From the IMG/VR virus record IMGVR_UViG_3300044797_000318, positions 64,001 to 128,000 of that record: 64,000 bases of DNA; one strand, given 5' to 3'. The DNA comes from a virus. Positions 9,574 through 19,649 of this stretch are shown in pieces. Under the pieces are notes generated by a model. The model was given only the letters and a program-made list of their open reading frames with translations, had not been told where the DNA came from and made no database searches. The stretch's first letter is position 1, and every line of letters begins with the position of its first letter. A program made the position numbers and the translations under genes.

Positions 9574-10487
9574 CGCCTAAGAGAGTTGTTTTTTTCAATT
9601 ATTTTCATAATGGAGACGTTCATTTGTCTCGTGGACTTGTACGTCAAATTATAAGCAAAGTGCATCAAACAGATCCAACTGTACAATTTGCATATGGACA
9701 TAAAAATGATCCAACATTACTTTCCGATATTCCTAATTTAGGTTTCGATCCAAATGCCTTATCTATTATTAATAATGAGCACGCCAACCTACATGTCGTA
9801 GGCGAAACTGTTTACATAAATACTTGGTATGGGCAACAACATCACAAATATATGAATAGGTACGGTGGTCTCACCATGGATACATTATATGATGCCCTGA
9901 GTGAGTCGTGTCAATCTTTGTGGAATTTTTCTTTATCAGATATTTCTGCCGATCCAACTATATTTTTCCCCATCATTGATTATAGTAAATATAATATTGA
10001 GCCAGTCCAAAAATGGTTAGATCAACATTCTGGTAAAAAAATATTAATTGAAAATGGGCCAGCTCTTTCTGATCAAGCAACCAATTTTTCGATGGCCCCA
10101 ATTATTACTCAAATTGCTACTAAACACCCAAATGTGTCTTTCATACTAACAAGTCGAGAAAACATAGATATGCCAAGCAATATTTTTCAATCCTCTAATA
10201 TCACTAACAGATCGACAAAAACTGATCTTAATGAAATATCTTTTCTAAGTACATACTGCGATATGGTTATTGGGCGATCGTCTGGCGTCTTTGCTTTTAC
10301 AATGACACAGCAAAATTTATTTGAGAGAAAAATTACATTTCTAAGTTTTTCTAATTTTTCTTTTCAACCCGGTAAATACTGGTTGGGAGATTTATTAAAA
10401 AATAAGATCACTTATAATTCGCCTATTTTATTTCATAATGAATCTAATCCAAATGAAGTATTAAAAATAATAGAAAGAAATTTATGA
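9570..10487 (+). CDS. putative glycosyltransferase (GT9-like)
   Basis: HNGDVHLS near N-terminus; CDMVIGRSSG. Confidence 0.5.
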   Translation: MTPKRVVFFNYFHNGDVHLSRGLVRQIISKVHQTDPTVQFAYGHKNDPTLLSDIPNLGFDPNALSIINNEHANLHVVGETVYINTWYGQQHHKYMNRYGGLTMDTLYDALSESCQSLWNFSLSDISADPTIFFPIIDYSKYNIEPVQKWLDQHSGKKILIENGPALSDQATNFSMAPIITQIATKHPNVSFILTSRENIDMPSNIFQSSNITNRSTKTDLNEISFLSTYCDMVIGRSSGVFAFTMTQQNLFERKITFLSFSNFSFQPGKYWLGDLLKNKITYNSPILFHNESNPNEVLKIIERNL

Positions 10488-11137
10488 TGCTATATAATAT
10501 TACTCACAAATTTACTAAATTTATTGATCCTCCTTCTCAAGAAGACATTTATAATTGCCCACATTATTTTGCGATGAGCTATGAACAAATAAAAGGCTCT
10601 GATGCTCCCGAGTTTCTTATTAAACTTTTAGATCAATTTCCATTTGATGGGAGGAAAAATATTCTTCAAATCCGACCCCAAGATTTTAGAAAAGAAAACA
10701 TTAACATTGATGGTAAACACTGGCATACAGATTATAATGTAAGGTTATTAGATAAAAAAGTTTATGCTAATGATCACGATGATTTTCATTTAATGGTTAT
10801 TTCGTGGGGCGCCGGTTGTTCTACGGAGTTTATTGAAACACCCATGGACCTTCCTAATAATTTAGAATTGAAAGATTCTAAAGAGAAATGGGAATTGTGG
10901 GATAGTGCACTTTCTAAAAAATTAGGAGAACCACATAAAGTAATTAAAGCTCAGAAGAATCAAATGGCTGAATATACTGCTAGAGATTTACACAGAGCCG
11001 ATGGTATCGTGCACTCTCACGGATTACGATTAATGATTGTGGCGTTTGATTGCGATAGTATTGATGGTAATGTTCGAATTTTGCCCAGTATTAGAGATAT
11101 AGATAACGGAATCCCAACGCCAATTTATTCAAGGTAA
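10484..11137 (+). CDS. putative 2OG-Fe(II) oxygenase-like protein
   Basis: WHTD (HxD), distal LHRA, then R (GLRLMI). Confidence 0.5.
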   Translation: MMLYNITHKFTKFIDPPSQEDIYNCPHYFAMSYEQIKGSDAPEFLIKLLDQFPFDGRKNILQIRPQDFRKENINIDGKHWHTDYNVRLLDKKVYANDHDDFHLMVISWGAGCSTEFIETPMDLPNNLELKDSKEKWELWDSALSKKLGEPHKVIKAQKNQMAEYTARDLHRADGIVHSHGLRLMIVAFDCDSIDGNVRILPSIRDIDNGIPTPIYSR

Positions 11138-11770
11138 TAGGATACCATTATTTTTCTTTAAAATTACATTTAAAGATAATGGAATAGAATTTTTCCCCAA
11201 CTCATTAGGTGGAAAAGCGTCGATGTTTTGAATAGAAAATAGATCACCAAACAGCGCCTTATAACCATACTCAGAAAACCTCCAACAATCTGGAATAGGT
11301 CCATGAATTTTAAACATATAAGGCGTATTAACAAATAATAATGAGTTGTCATTGGTTATTTTATATAATTCTTGTGGAACAAGAAAAACTTTTGGTACGT
11401 GCTCTATAATACCTATTAAAATAACTATATCAAATGTTTCAGTCATAAAAGATAAATCTTCTATACTGCCAATATAATCCGCCTTCGATGATTGATCAAT
11501 ATCTAAAGTTCGATAATATATGTTATTTCTTGCGCATGTTTCTTCTATGATAGAGGTGGAAAATTGAGGAAACTCTTCCTCAACATATAATTTTGAGGAA
11601 GGGCCAACCTCCAACACTTTGAGCGTGTTATTGTTTTTCAGAAAACAGCATATATTTTCCGCAAACTCAAACATGTGTTTTCTATAAACGTAATAATCGT
11701 CATCTTGACTGAAAAATTTTTGCTTGCGACCAGGTGCAATTTCCCTGTCGAATTTGAAGTCTGTATTCAT
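11129..11770 (-). CDS. class I SAM methyltransferase
   Basis: VLEVGP, FDIVILIGIIEHV, HGPIPDCWRF. Confidence 0.8.
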   Translation of the reverse strand: MNTDFKFDREIAPGRKQKFFSQDDDYYVYRKHMFEFAENICCFLKNNNTLKVLEVGPSSKLYVEEEFPQFSTSIIEETCARNNIYYRTLDIDQSSKADYIGSIEDLSFMTETFDIVILIGIIEHVPKVFLVPQELYKITNDNSLLFVNTPYMFKIHGPIPDCWRFSEYGYKALFGDLFSIQNIDAFPPNELGKNSIPLSLNVILKKNNGILLP

Positions 11771-11813
11771 ATTTCACCGTTCTTATTGGATATATATCTT
11801 GCAAGGAAGTAAG

Positions 11814-12437
11814 ATGAAAAAAATTTGTATCTATGGGGCGGGTGGCTTTGCCCACGAGGTGTTCTGGCTTGCTCATCAATGTGGCTGTGAAGTTGATGCC
11901 TTCATTGACATTCATTCGGGCGAAGATTATCATGGAGCACCAGTCAAAAATGAAAGTTATTTCAATAAAGAAAAGCACTTAGCGGTGGTGGCCGTAGGCA
12001 ATCCAAAAATTCGAGAAAAGATTGTTAAGCAGATTATTGATCGCCACGGTATGACGGCTTTCACAACACTAGTTTCGCCTACAGCCAATCTTATGGGCCC
12101 TAATATTGAAGTTGGTCACGGCTCAGTTGTGTGTGCCAACTGTATCTTGACTTGCGATATTCAACTAGGTTCTTTCTCGCAACTAAATTTATCTACCACT
12201 ATTGGCCATGACACGACAACTGGTGATTTTTTTACCACGGCCCCTGGCGTGCATGTTAGCGGTAAAGTAACAGTTGGCCAAAGGGTTTATTTGGGCACTA
12301 ATGCCTCTACGGTAGAGGGCATTACCATTTGTGATGATGTGACGATTGGGGCGGCAGCCTGCGTATCAAAAGACATACTAGAGGGCGGAGTATACGTGGG
12401 TGTACCCGCTAAGAAATTGGAGAAGAAAAATGGCTGA
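11814..12437 (+). CDS. NeuD/PglD-family sugar acetyltransferase
   Basis: IYGAGGFAHEV, hexapeptide repeats, IGHD, VGVPAK. Confidence 0.9.
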   Translation: MKKICIYGAGGFAHEVFWLAHQCGCEVDAFIDIHSGEDYHGAPVKNESYFNKEKHLAVVAVGNPKIREKIVKQIIDRHGMTAFTTLVSPTANLMGPNIEVGHGSVVCANCILTCDIQLGSFSQLNLSTTIGHDTTTGDFFTTAPGVHVSGKVTVGQRVYLGTNASTVEGITICDDVTIGAAACVSKDILEGGVYVGVPAKKLEKKNG

Positions 12438-12735
12438 CACAATTGGTTCACTCATAGATAAACTAGCAACAGTAAACCAGAAGATGTTTCTGGCACAAGA
12501 AGAGTTATACGTTATTCGCAAGATGACCTTTGAACAATTCAAAAAATCTTACGGCACTGAAGAAGGGCTTCATAAACTTTATACTGCTTTTAAGAAATCA
12601 ACTGACCTCAACGTTCAAAGGCAGGCTATGATTCTAGAAGTTGATAAAAAAATTGCAGAGGTAGTAGTAGCTACCATAAAAGGCGAAGACCTTAACAACG
12701 GAACTTTTATTCAAGACCAACACAAGACTTACTAA
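12430..12735 (+). CDS. small helical protein, DUF4254-like
   Basis: TIGSLIDKL; paralog of 15618..15887. Confidence 0.55.
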   Translation: MADTIGSLIDKLATVNQKMFLAQEELYVIRKMTFEQFKKSYGTEEGLHKLYTAFKKSTDLNVQRQAMILEVDKKIAEVVVATIKGEDLNNGTFIQDQHKTY

Positions 12736-12736
12736 A

Positions 12737-13555
12737 ATGATAATTTCAACAACTATACCTGTGGGCCTAGGAGACCTTATTTATGTTAAGGCTATGCTGG
12801 ATCCTATTAAAAATAAATGTAGTGAAATTAAAATTGCCTATCATAGGGAACTGGTAAATGTGTTTCGAAACAAAAGCACATCTTATAATAAACTATTAGA
12901 TGACTTTGGGCAGCTATTTTTTTCTGAATCACCATATGTTTTGACAGAACAAGGAGGGGAATTTAGAGGGGTAATGCGATTATCGACTGATTATGGTATC
13001 CAGCTTCAAAAACCCGAATTATCACACCTACTGTGCAAGGGGGCTCCTCTTAATATAGCTGATGAATATATAGTCTTAACTACAAAAGTCAGGTATGTAC
13101 CAAGAACAATATTCAATGAAAAATCTACTGAATTTTGGAATATGATCAATCAACTATCTAATAAGTATAAAATTATACTATTAGGTGAAAGAGTTGTGGA
13201 AATGAATGCAGAATATCTACATCATACCGCCGAACATATATATGGCATATATGACGATATCATGTGTCATGTTCCATCAGAAAAATTAATAGATCTCACT
13301 ATTCCAGCTCTTGGAATTGTTAATTCTGATATAGAACAAATTCAACAAGACTGTTTGATTATGAAAAATGCTAAATTCGTTATCACTTTGGGAGTTGGTG
13401 GAAATTTTTGTATGGCAACTGCCGTAGCCAACACCATAGGTTTTAGGGCTGATAAACATGATATATTTGAAGTTATATTTAACAGAGATTACAATGGCGC
13501 CATAATCACTAAGGAATGGCCGCGATTCATTGCAATTTTAAAACAATATTTGTAA
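12737..13555 (+). CDS. putative glycosyltransferase (GT9-like), tandem paralog 1
   Basis: GLGDLI; EYIVLTTK; QIQQDCLIM; TLGVGG. Confidence 0.55.
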   Translation: MIISTTIPVGLGDLIYVKAMLDPIKNKCSEIKIAYHRELVNVFRNKSTSYNKLLDDFGQLFFSESPYVLTEQGGEFRGVMRLSTDYGIQLQKPELSHLLCKGAPLNIADEYIVLTTKVRYVPRTIFNEKSTEFWNMINQLSNKYKIILLGERVVEMNAEYLHHTAEHIYGIYDDIMCHVPSEKLIDLTIPALGIVNSDIEQIQQDCLIMKNAKFVITLGVGGNFCMATAVANTIGFRADKHDIFEVIFNRDYNGAIITKEWPRFIAILKQYL

Positions 13556-13570
13556 TTTGCCAGGAGTAAG

Positions 13571-14401
13571 ATGAGAATTTATAAAGCAAATATTGCACAA
13601 GGGATTGGAGATAACATTATGGCAAAATGTTATGCCGATCAAGTCAAAGACCAGTATGATCAAATCTACTTCACTCATCACGCGCCCATCGTTCAGAGAG
13701 AAAAAAATAATTCACCACAATACTGGAATTTTTTACATGAAGTAGGGCAGTTATTTTTCACTGAACCTCCTTATGTATACAATCAGGGTGAACACCCGTT
13801 TCGTGATGCAGAGGGATTAATATCAGATTTTAATATCGTTCCACAAAAACCTCAGGTATCACAATACAAACATTTACTATGCAAGGGGACATCTCTAAAT
13901 TTACCAGAAGAGTATATAGTATTAACTACTAAAATTAGATATGTTGAAAGATCATTTTTCAATCAAATAGAACCTCAACTATGGCAAACAATTAAAGAAC
14001 TTTCCAATAAATATAAAATAGTAATATTAGGCGAACGACAAGTAGAAATGTGCCAAGATTATTTATATCATGGGATAAATCAGATATATGGTATTTATCC
14101 AGAAATAATCAAAAATGTTTCAGCCGATCGAGTGTTAGATTTAACTATACCTGCGCTTGGTATTACTAGTCCAACCTTATCTCAAATACAACAAGATTGT
14201 CTTATTATGAGTGAGGCAAAATTGGTTATTACATTGGGCCTTGGTGGTAATGTTTGTATGGCCATTGCAACATCTAATGTAGTTGGTTATAGAAGAGATA
14301 ATATCAAATGTGCTAATGATATCTACGATCAAAAATATTCAGATGCTATGGTTAGTAAAGATTGGAACGAATTTATTACAGCGATAAAGAGTTATCTATG
14401 A
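13571..14401 (+). CDS. putative glycosyltransferase (GT9-like), tandem paralog 2
   Basis: GIGDNI; same blocks as the upstream gene. Confidence 0.55.
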   Translation: MRIYKANIAQGIGDNIMAKCYADQVKDQYDQIYFTHHAPIVQREKNNSPQYWNFLHEVGQLFFTEPPYVYNQGEHPFRDAEGLISDFNIVPQKPQVSQYKHLLCKGTSLNLPEEYIVLTTKIRYVERSFFNQIEPQLWQTIKELSNKYKIVILGERQVEMCQDYLYHGINQIYGIYPEIIKNVSADRVLDLTIPALGITSPTLSQIQQDCLIMSEAKLVITLGLGGNVCMAIATSNVVGYRRDNIKCANDIYDQKYSDAMVSKDWNEFITAIKSYL

Positions 14402-15618
14402 TAAAAAATCTTTTTAGTTTAGGCAGCTTATATGTATCTGATTTTGTCAGGAATGACGAGTCTCCCAGGGGAGATAAAACTGAATTAAAATTGATGATGA
14501 CAAATGGCGGTAATGTTCGCCTAGAAAAAAGTGCGCCACTGGATACTATGTATGGTAAATATTGGTATCGATCTGGCATCAATAACTCAATGAAACAGGA
14601 GTTAAAAAACATTGTTGATTCAATTTTAGCCGTCAAGCAACTCAAAGAAAATGATATTTGGCTAGACATTGCCTGTAATGATGGAACCCTCTTTACTTTT
14701 TTACCCAAAGAACTAATTAAAATAGGTATCGATCCTGTGGATGATTCTTTTAAAAAAGAATCTGAGAAACACGCAGATATTATTGTGCAAGATTATTTCA
14801 CTGCCAACGCTTTTAAATCTACTAAATTTGGACATTTGAAAGCAAAAGTGATTACTTCTATTGCTATGTTTTATGATTTGGAAGAACCAGAGCCTTTTAT
14901 TAAAGATGTGTATGAGGTGTTGGACGACAATGGTTTGTGGGTTTTGCAATTAAGCTATACCCCCTTAATGTTAGAGCAACTTGCTTTTGATAATATCTGT
15001 CATGAACATATTTTTTATTATTCTCTTTTTAACTTGAAAAATCTATTGGAAATAAATGGCTTTCAAATCGTAGATTGTCAACTCAACGATACCAATGGGG
15101 GATCATTCAGAGTATATGCTATGAAAGATAGTGCTAATGTAAAAACTTTTGCCACACAACCTTATAGAGATATTGGGCGTTTCAGAGTTGCCTCTATTTT
15201 ATCACATGAAAAAACATTACACTTATCCGATGTAGAAACCTGGCAGCACTTCTATGACAGAATTAATCGGTTAAAAGAACGAACAGTGTCATTCATTAAA
15301 CAAGAAAAAGCTAACGGCAAAAAAATATGGGGTTATGGCGCTTCTACCAAAGGTAACACGCTACTACAATATTTTGGACTTGATTATACTTTGATAGATG
15401 GAATTGCCGAAAGAAGTGTTCATAAATTTGGGCTCAAAACAGTAGGGACTAATATACCAATTTACTCGGAAGATGAAATGAGAAAAGCCAAACCAGATTA
15501 TCTTTTGGTTTTGCCCTGGCATTTCATCAATGAGTTTTGCGAAAGAGAAAGAGAATTTCTTTCCAAGGGCGGAAAGTTTATTGTTCCTTGCCCCAAATTT
15601 GAAATAATAGGATTATAA
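14398..15618 (+). CDS. NDP-hexose C-methyltransferase
   Basis: YWYRSG, LDIACNDGT, FDNICHEH, GGSFR, GYGASTKGNTLL, PDYLLVLPWHF. Confidence 0.88.
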   Translation: MIKNLFSLGSLYVSDFVRNDESPRGDKTELKLMMTNGGNVRLEKSAPLDTMYGKYWYRSGINNSMKQELKNIVDSILAVKQLKENDIWLDIACNDGTLFTFLPKELIKIGIDPVDDSFKKESEKHADIIVQDYFTANAFKSTKFGHLKAKVITSIAMFYDLEEPEPFIKDVYEVLDDNGLWVLQLSYTPLMLEQLAFDNICHEHIFYYSLFNLKNLLEINGFQIVDCQLNDTNGGSFRVYAMKDSANVKTFATQPYRDIGRFRVASILSHEKTLHLSDVETWQHFYDRINRLKERTVSFIKQEKANGKKIWGYGASTKGNTLLQYFGLDYTLIDGIAERSVHKFGLKTVGTNIPIYSEDEMRKAKPDYLLVLPWHFINEFCEREREFLSKGGKFIVPCPKFEIIGL

Positions 15619-15887
15619 TGGAAACCATAGGTAATTTAATTGATAAACTAACAATTGCTAACATACGAATTTGGATGGCAGAAAATATCAAGAGAGATAG
15701 CCGGGCCACCGATGAAGAGGTAGCTAAGGCCGCTCGAACAACAAACACAGTAAACCAACTACGCAATGATCTCATTCAAGAAATTGATGAAAAAATAAAT
15801 CACATGGTTGAGACGGGTGAGTTACAAAAATTATACAAACAGGGCTCAACTAAAATGTATGGAAAAAGTAATGAAAGTAAATCATGA
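15618..15887 (+). CDS. small helical protein, DUF4254-like
   Basis: ETIGNLIDKLTIANIRIW...RNDLIQEID. Confidence 0.6.
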   Translation: METIGNLIDKLTIANIRIWMAENIKRDSRATDEEVAKAARTTNTVNQLRNDLIQEIDEKINHMVETGELQKLYKQGSTKMYGKSNESKS

Positions 15888-16996
15888 TTCCTATCTATAA
15901 GCCATACCTTCCATCAGGTTCTCTCAAATACGCACATGAAGCGCTAGATTCCACTTGGTTGTCTTCACAGGGTAAATATTTGCCCATGGTTCAGGAAAAA
16001 TTACAGGAATTGTTAGCTACCAAATATGTGCTTCCACTCAATAATGGAACTAGTGCTTGCCATTTAGTTGCTAAATGTTTATCTAAATTACGTGAAAAAG
16101 CATATGTAATTGTTCCCGATAACGTTTATGTGGCAGCTTGGAATGCTTTTCTTTTTGATGGTACCTTCGATCTAATTACTATCAAAACAGATTTACTTAC
16201 TTGGAATTATGATATGAACGAGTTAGATCAAGCCATTACGGATCGCCCTGATGCTGCTGTTCTCATCGTTCACAATGTTGGTAATATCATCAACGTCCCA
16301 GAACTACAAAGAAAATATCCGACCACGCTTTTTGTAGAAGATAATTGTGAAGGGTTTTTAGGAACCTATGAGGGCGCTTATTCTGGTGCAGCCAGCTATG
16401 CCTCCGCTATTTCTTTCTTTGGAAACAAACTTGTAACTTCGGGGGAAGGTGGTTGTTTTATTACTAATGATGAAGAGGCGTATCTTTTTGCTAAATGCGT
16501 GCAAGGACAAGGGCAGTCCGCCAAACGTTTTGTTCACAATGAATTAGGCTACAATTATCGTATGACCAATATCCAAGCCGCCATTTTATACGGTCAGCTA
16601 GAAATATTACCACAGATCATGGAGATGAAAGAAGAAATTTTCTACGATTATCGTTTGGCTTTGGAACACCGAGAAGATATATTGTTCCAAGCCGTAGATC
16701 CAAACACCAAACATTCTAACTGGATGTTTGGCATTAGGGTGCTTGGCAATCGTAATTACGAAGAAGCAGAGGCTTATTTCAAACAGGCGGGCATTGAAAT
16801 ACGCCCTATGTTTTATCCAATCGATACTCACCAACACTTAAATAACAATTACACCACTCACATAGGTGACACCACCAACGCCCGACTACTCAACCAAGAA
16901 TGTTTTATCTTGCCGAGCTACCCCGAACTAACCGTAGCAGAACAAGCCTATATCCTTGATACCCTCAATCATTATGTCAAAAGCATCGCTATATAA
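15884..16996 (+). CDS. DegT/DnrJ/EryC1/StrS aminotransferase, perosamine synthase-like
   Basis: NGTSACHL, EDNCE, SFFGNKLVTSGEGG, GYNYRMTNIQAA. Confidence 0.9.
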   Translation: MIPIYKPYLPSGSLKYAHEALDSTWLSSQGKYLPMVQEKLQELLATKYVLPLNNGTSACHLVAKCLSKLREKAYVIVPDNVYVAAWNAFLFDGTFDLITIKTDLLTWNYDMNELDQAITDRPDAAVLIVHNVGNIINVPELQRKYPTTLFVEDNCEGFLGTYEGAYSGAASYASAISFFGNKLVTSGEGGCFITNDEEAYLFAKCVQGQGQSAKRFVHNELGYNYRMTNIQAAILYGQLEILPQIMEMKEEIFYDYRLALEHREDILFQAVDPNTKHSNWMFGIRVLGNRNYEEAEAYFKQAGIEIRPMFYPIDTHQHLNNNYTTHIGDTTNARLLNQECFILPSYPELTVAEQAYILDTLNHYVKSIAI

Positions 16997-17002
16997 ACAG
17001 TT

Positions 17003-18001
17003 ATGAACACCGCTTGCATCACCGGAATTACAGGACAAACCGGCTCCTATTTATGCGATTTATTACTCAGCAAGGGATACAAAGTCTACGGCTTGAAACG
17101 TCGTAGTAGCTCGCTTAATACAGAACGCGTAGATCATGTGTATACCGATCTGCACCATGAGCACAACTTCGAGATGATGTATGGCGATCTAGCCGATTAC
17201 TCTTCATTGTCTAGTTGGATTGGCGATCTCAAACCAGATTTGTTTTTCAATATGGGGGCGCAAAGCCATGTTCGTGTCAGCTTCGACATTCCCGAGTACA
17301 CCATGGATGTAACTGGCACAGGAGTGGTTAGAGTGTTAGAGGCGCTACGCAAAAACAGTCCCAAGACCAAATTCCTGACCGCTTCCAGCTCAGAGATGTT
17401 TGGCTCCAGTCCTCCTCCGCAAAACGAACAAACGCCCTTTCATCCTCGTAGCCCATATGGCGTAGCCAAGGTGGCTGGCTATTTCACTACACTCAACTAT
17501 CGTGAAGCTTATGATATGCATGCTTGCAATGCTATTTCTTTCAACCACGAAAGTCCAAGACGTGGTGAAACTTTCGTCACTCGAAAAATTACTCGTGCCG
17601 CTACCCGTATCAAACTCGGTTTGCAGGACAAGCTGTATCTTGGAAATTTGAGCGCACAGCGCGACTGGTCTCACGCTGCTGACGTGGCCCAAGCAATGTA
17701 TAAAATTATCACAGCGCCTACACCAGATGATTATGTGATAGCTAGCGGGCAAATGCATTCAGTGGAAGAGTTTGCCCAATTAGTTTTTAGTAAACTGGAT
17801 TTAGATTACTCTCAATATGTAGAGTTTGATCCACGTTATCTGCGCCCTTCCGAAGTTGATGCACTATGTGGCGATCCATCCAAGATCAAAAACCAATTAG
17901 GATGGGAGCCAATTTATAGTTTTGAGAATTTAATTGATGAAATGATTGCGTCCGATATGGAATTAGCTAAACGAGAAAAAATATTGAAGGAACACCAATG
18001 A
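17003..18001 (+). CDS. gmd: GDP-mannose 4,6-dehydratase
   Basis: ITGITGQTGSYL, AQSHVRVSF, PRSPYGVAK, FNHESPRRGETFVTRKIT. Confidence 0.96.
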   Translation: MNTACITGITGQTGSYLCDLLLSKGYKVYGLKRRSSSLNTERVDHVYTDLHHEHNFEMMYGDLADYSSLSSWIGDLKPDLFFNMGAQSHVRVSFDIPEYTMDVTGTGVVRVLEALRKNSPKTKFLTASSSEMFGSSPPPQNEQTPFHPRSPYGVAKVAGYFTTLNYREAYDMHACNAISFNHESPRRGETFVTRKITRAATRIKLGLQDKLYLGNLSAQRDWSHAADVAQAMYKIITAPTPDDYVIASGQMHSVEEFAQLVFSKLDLDYSQYVEFDPRYLRPSEVDALCGDPSKIKNQLGWEPIYSFENLIDEMIASDMELAKREKILKEHQ

Positions 18002-18918
18002 AGTTATTGATAACAGGAGGTGGTGGTTTTTTAGGCAAACATGTCTTAAAAGAATTTAATAATCAAAACATTGATTACCTAGCTCCTAAATCATCTGAAC
18101 TAAACTTATTAGATTTCAATACTTTATGTGATTACTTACAATTACATCATCCCACCACTATTTTACATATGGCCGCTATCTGTGGTGGTATAGTTAAAAA
18201 CTTACATATTCCCGCTGATTTTCTTCGAGAAAATACTCAATTAGCCCTCAACATTTACGAAGGGGCTCGTCAGTGCAATATTACCAATATCTATTCACTT
18301 GGTAGTGTGTGCATGTATCCGCTACACTGTCCAACACCATTTAAGGAGGACGATATTTGGAATGGGGCAGCGGAGCCCACTAACTTCCCGTATGGTCAAG
18401 CTAAAAGAACCTTAATGATGTTGGGGCAAACATATCGCACGCAATATGGTTTCACTGGGGCTCATTTAATTCCCGTTAATATGTATGGACCTCACGACTC
18501 GTTTGACGATCAAAAAAGTCATGTCATTCCTGCCCTAATCAAAAAATTTCTTCACGCCAAAGAAAACGAACTGCCGCAAGTTGAATGCCTGGGCACTGGA
18601 AAAGCCACTCGTGAATTTCTTTATGCGGGTGATGCTGCCCAAGCTATTGTTAAGGCAGTAAATACTAATCTCAATTATGATTTACCTATTAATTTGGGGG
18701 TGGGTAAAGATATCACTATTAAAAACTTGGCACACCTAATTAGCGATTTAATTGGTTATCAAGGCAACATTATTTTCAATGATGATGGTTTAGATGGGCA
18801 ACCAAAAAGATTGTTGGATGTGTCGCGAGCCAAAGAAGTATTAGGTTGGACAGCACATACCTCTTTAACAGACGGTCTTCATAAAACTATTAAGTGGTAT
18901 CACCAAAACAAATCTTAA
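17998..18918 (+). CDS. fcl: GDP-L-fucose synthase
   Basis: TGGGGFLG, GSVCMYP, EPTNFPYGQAK, SHVIPAL, TREFL. Confidence 0.93.
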   Translation: MKLLITGGGGFLGKHVLKEFNNQNIDYLAPKSSELNLLDFNTLCDYLQLHHPTTILHMAAICGGIVKNLHIPADFLRENTQLALNIYEGARQCNITNIYSLGSVCMYPLHCPTPFKEDDIWNGAAEPTNFPYGQAKRTLMMLGQTYRTQYGFTGAHLIPVNMYGPHDSFDDQKSHVIPALIKKFLHAKENELPQVECLGTGKATREFLYAGDAAQAIVKAVNTNLNYDLPINLGVGKDITIKNLAHLISDLIGYQGNIIFNDDGLDGQPKRLLDVSRAKEVLGWTAHTSLTDGLHKTIKWYHQNKS

Positions 18919-19097
18919 TCAAGTGCCACTAATGGTCGTCTTCTAATGACCACTACTTCTGGCTCAGCTTTGGCTTCCACTTCTATGCCAGCGGAAGTAT
19001 GTCCGCATTTTTGGCATTTGGTTTTCTTGTTGATGGCATGATCGTTTCCGATAACATCCACCTCTCCCTGACAGAGGGAACATTTTAACAACTTCAT
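18915..19097 (-). CDS. small Zn-ribbon protein
   Basis: CSLC and CQKC. Confidence 0.55.
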   Translation of the reverse strand: MKLLKCSLCQGEVDVIGNDHAINKKTKCQKCGHTSAGIEVEAKAEPEVVVIRRRPLVALD

Positions 19098-19099
19098 AT

Positions 19100-19624
19100 T
19101 TACCTTAATTCATCATTTTCTTGACAACAAATAATGAACCTGTCGTCAAGTATTTTTTCCACTACGGGCTTAACATCGCGATACCAATCTAGCCCACCGA
19201 TACCGCTACCAAAACGAACTCCGGCCACTCCCATCAACTGAAAACGGTCTGCGAAGATTTTCATTTCTTCGGCAGACCGTTGGATAAGTTCTATTTTGGC
19301 TCCGTCCATCAAATCATCAATGGTGGGGAAACTGAAAATTAGACATTTGAATTTTCTTTCTTTAATCTTTTTGAGATTGGGTTCTAAATATTCACCCCGT
19401 TCATTTAACATCCCAATAATAAATGGAACGTTTGTTTGAAAGTTTTTGAGGCATTTACCGAGCCTGAAGGCAGTTTCGGGCCACCTATCTGCACATTGAC
19501 GGGCGGAACCGCCACCCATACATGCTCTACCATCTTCGGTATATTGGGAGTTGGTGGTTATGCAGATCGCATTAACCATAGGATCAGATATGCAGTCAAA
19601 TAAGTCTCTTTTAATTTCCTTCAT
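19100..19624 (-). CDS. macrodomain protein (DarG-like)
   Basis: DLF..NAICITTN..MGGGSA..FPT..GSGIGGLDW. Confidence 0.78.
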   Translation of the reverse strand: MKEIKRDLFDCISDPMVNAICITTNSQYTEDGRACMGGGSARQCADRWPETAFRLGKCLKNFQTNVPFIIGMLNERGEYLEPNLKKIKERKFKCLIFSFPTIDDLMDGAKIELIQRSAEEMKIFADRFQLMGVAGVRFGSGIGGLDWYRDVKPVVEKILDDRFIICCQENDELR

Positions 19625-19649
19625 TCATCGACCTCACTTATCGTATGTT

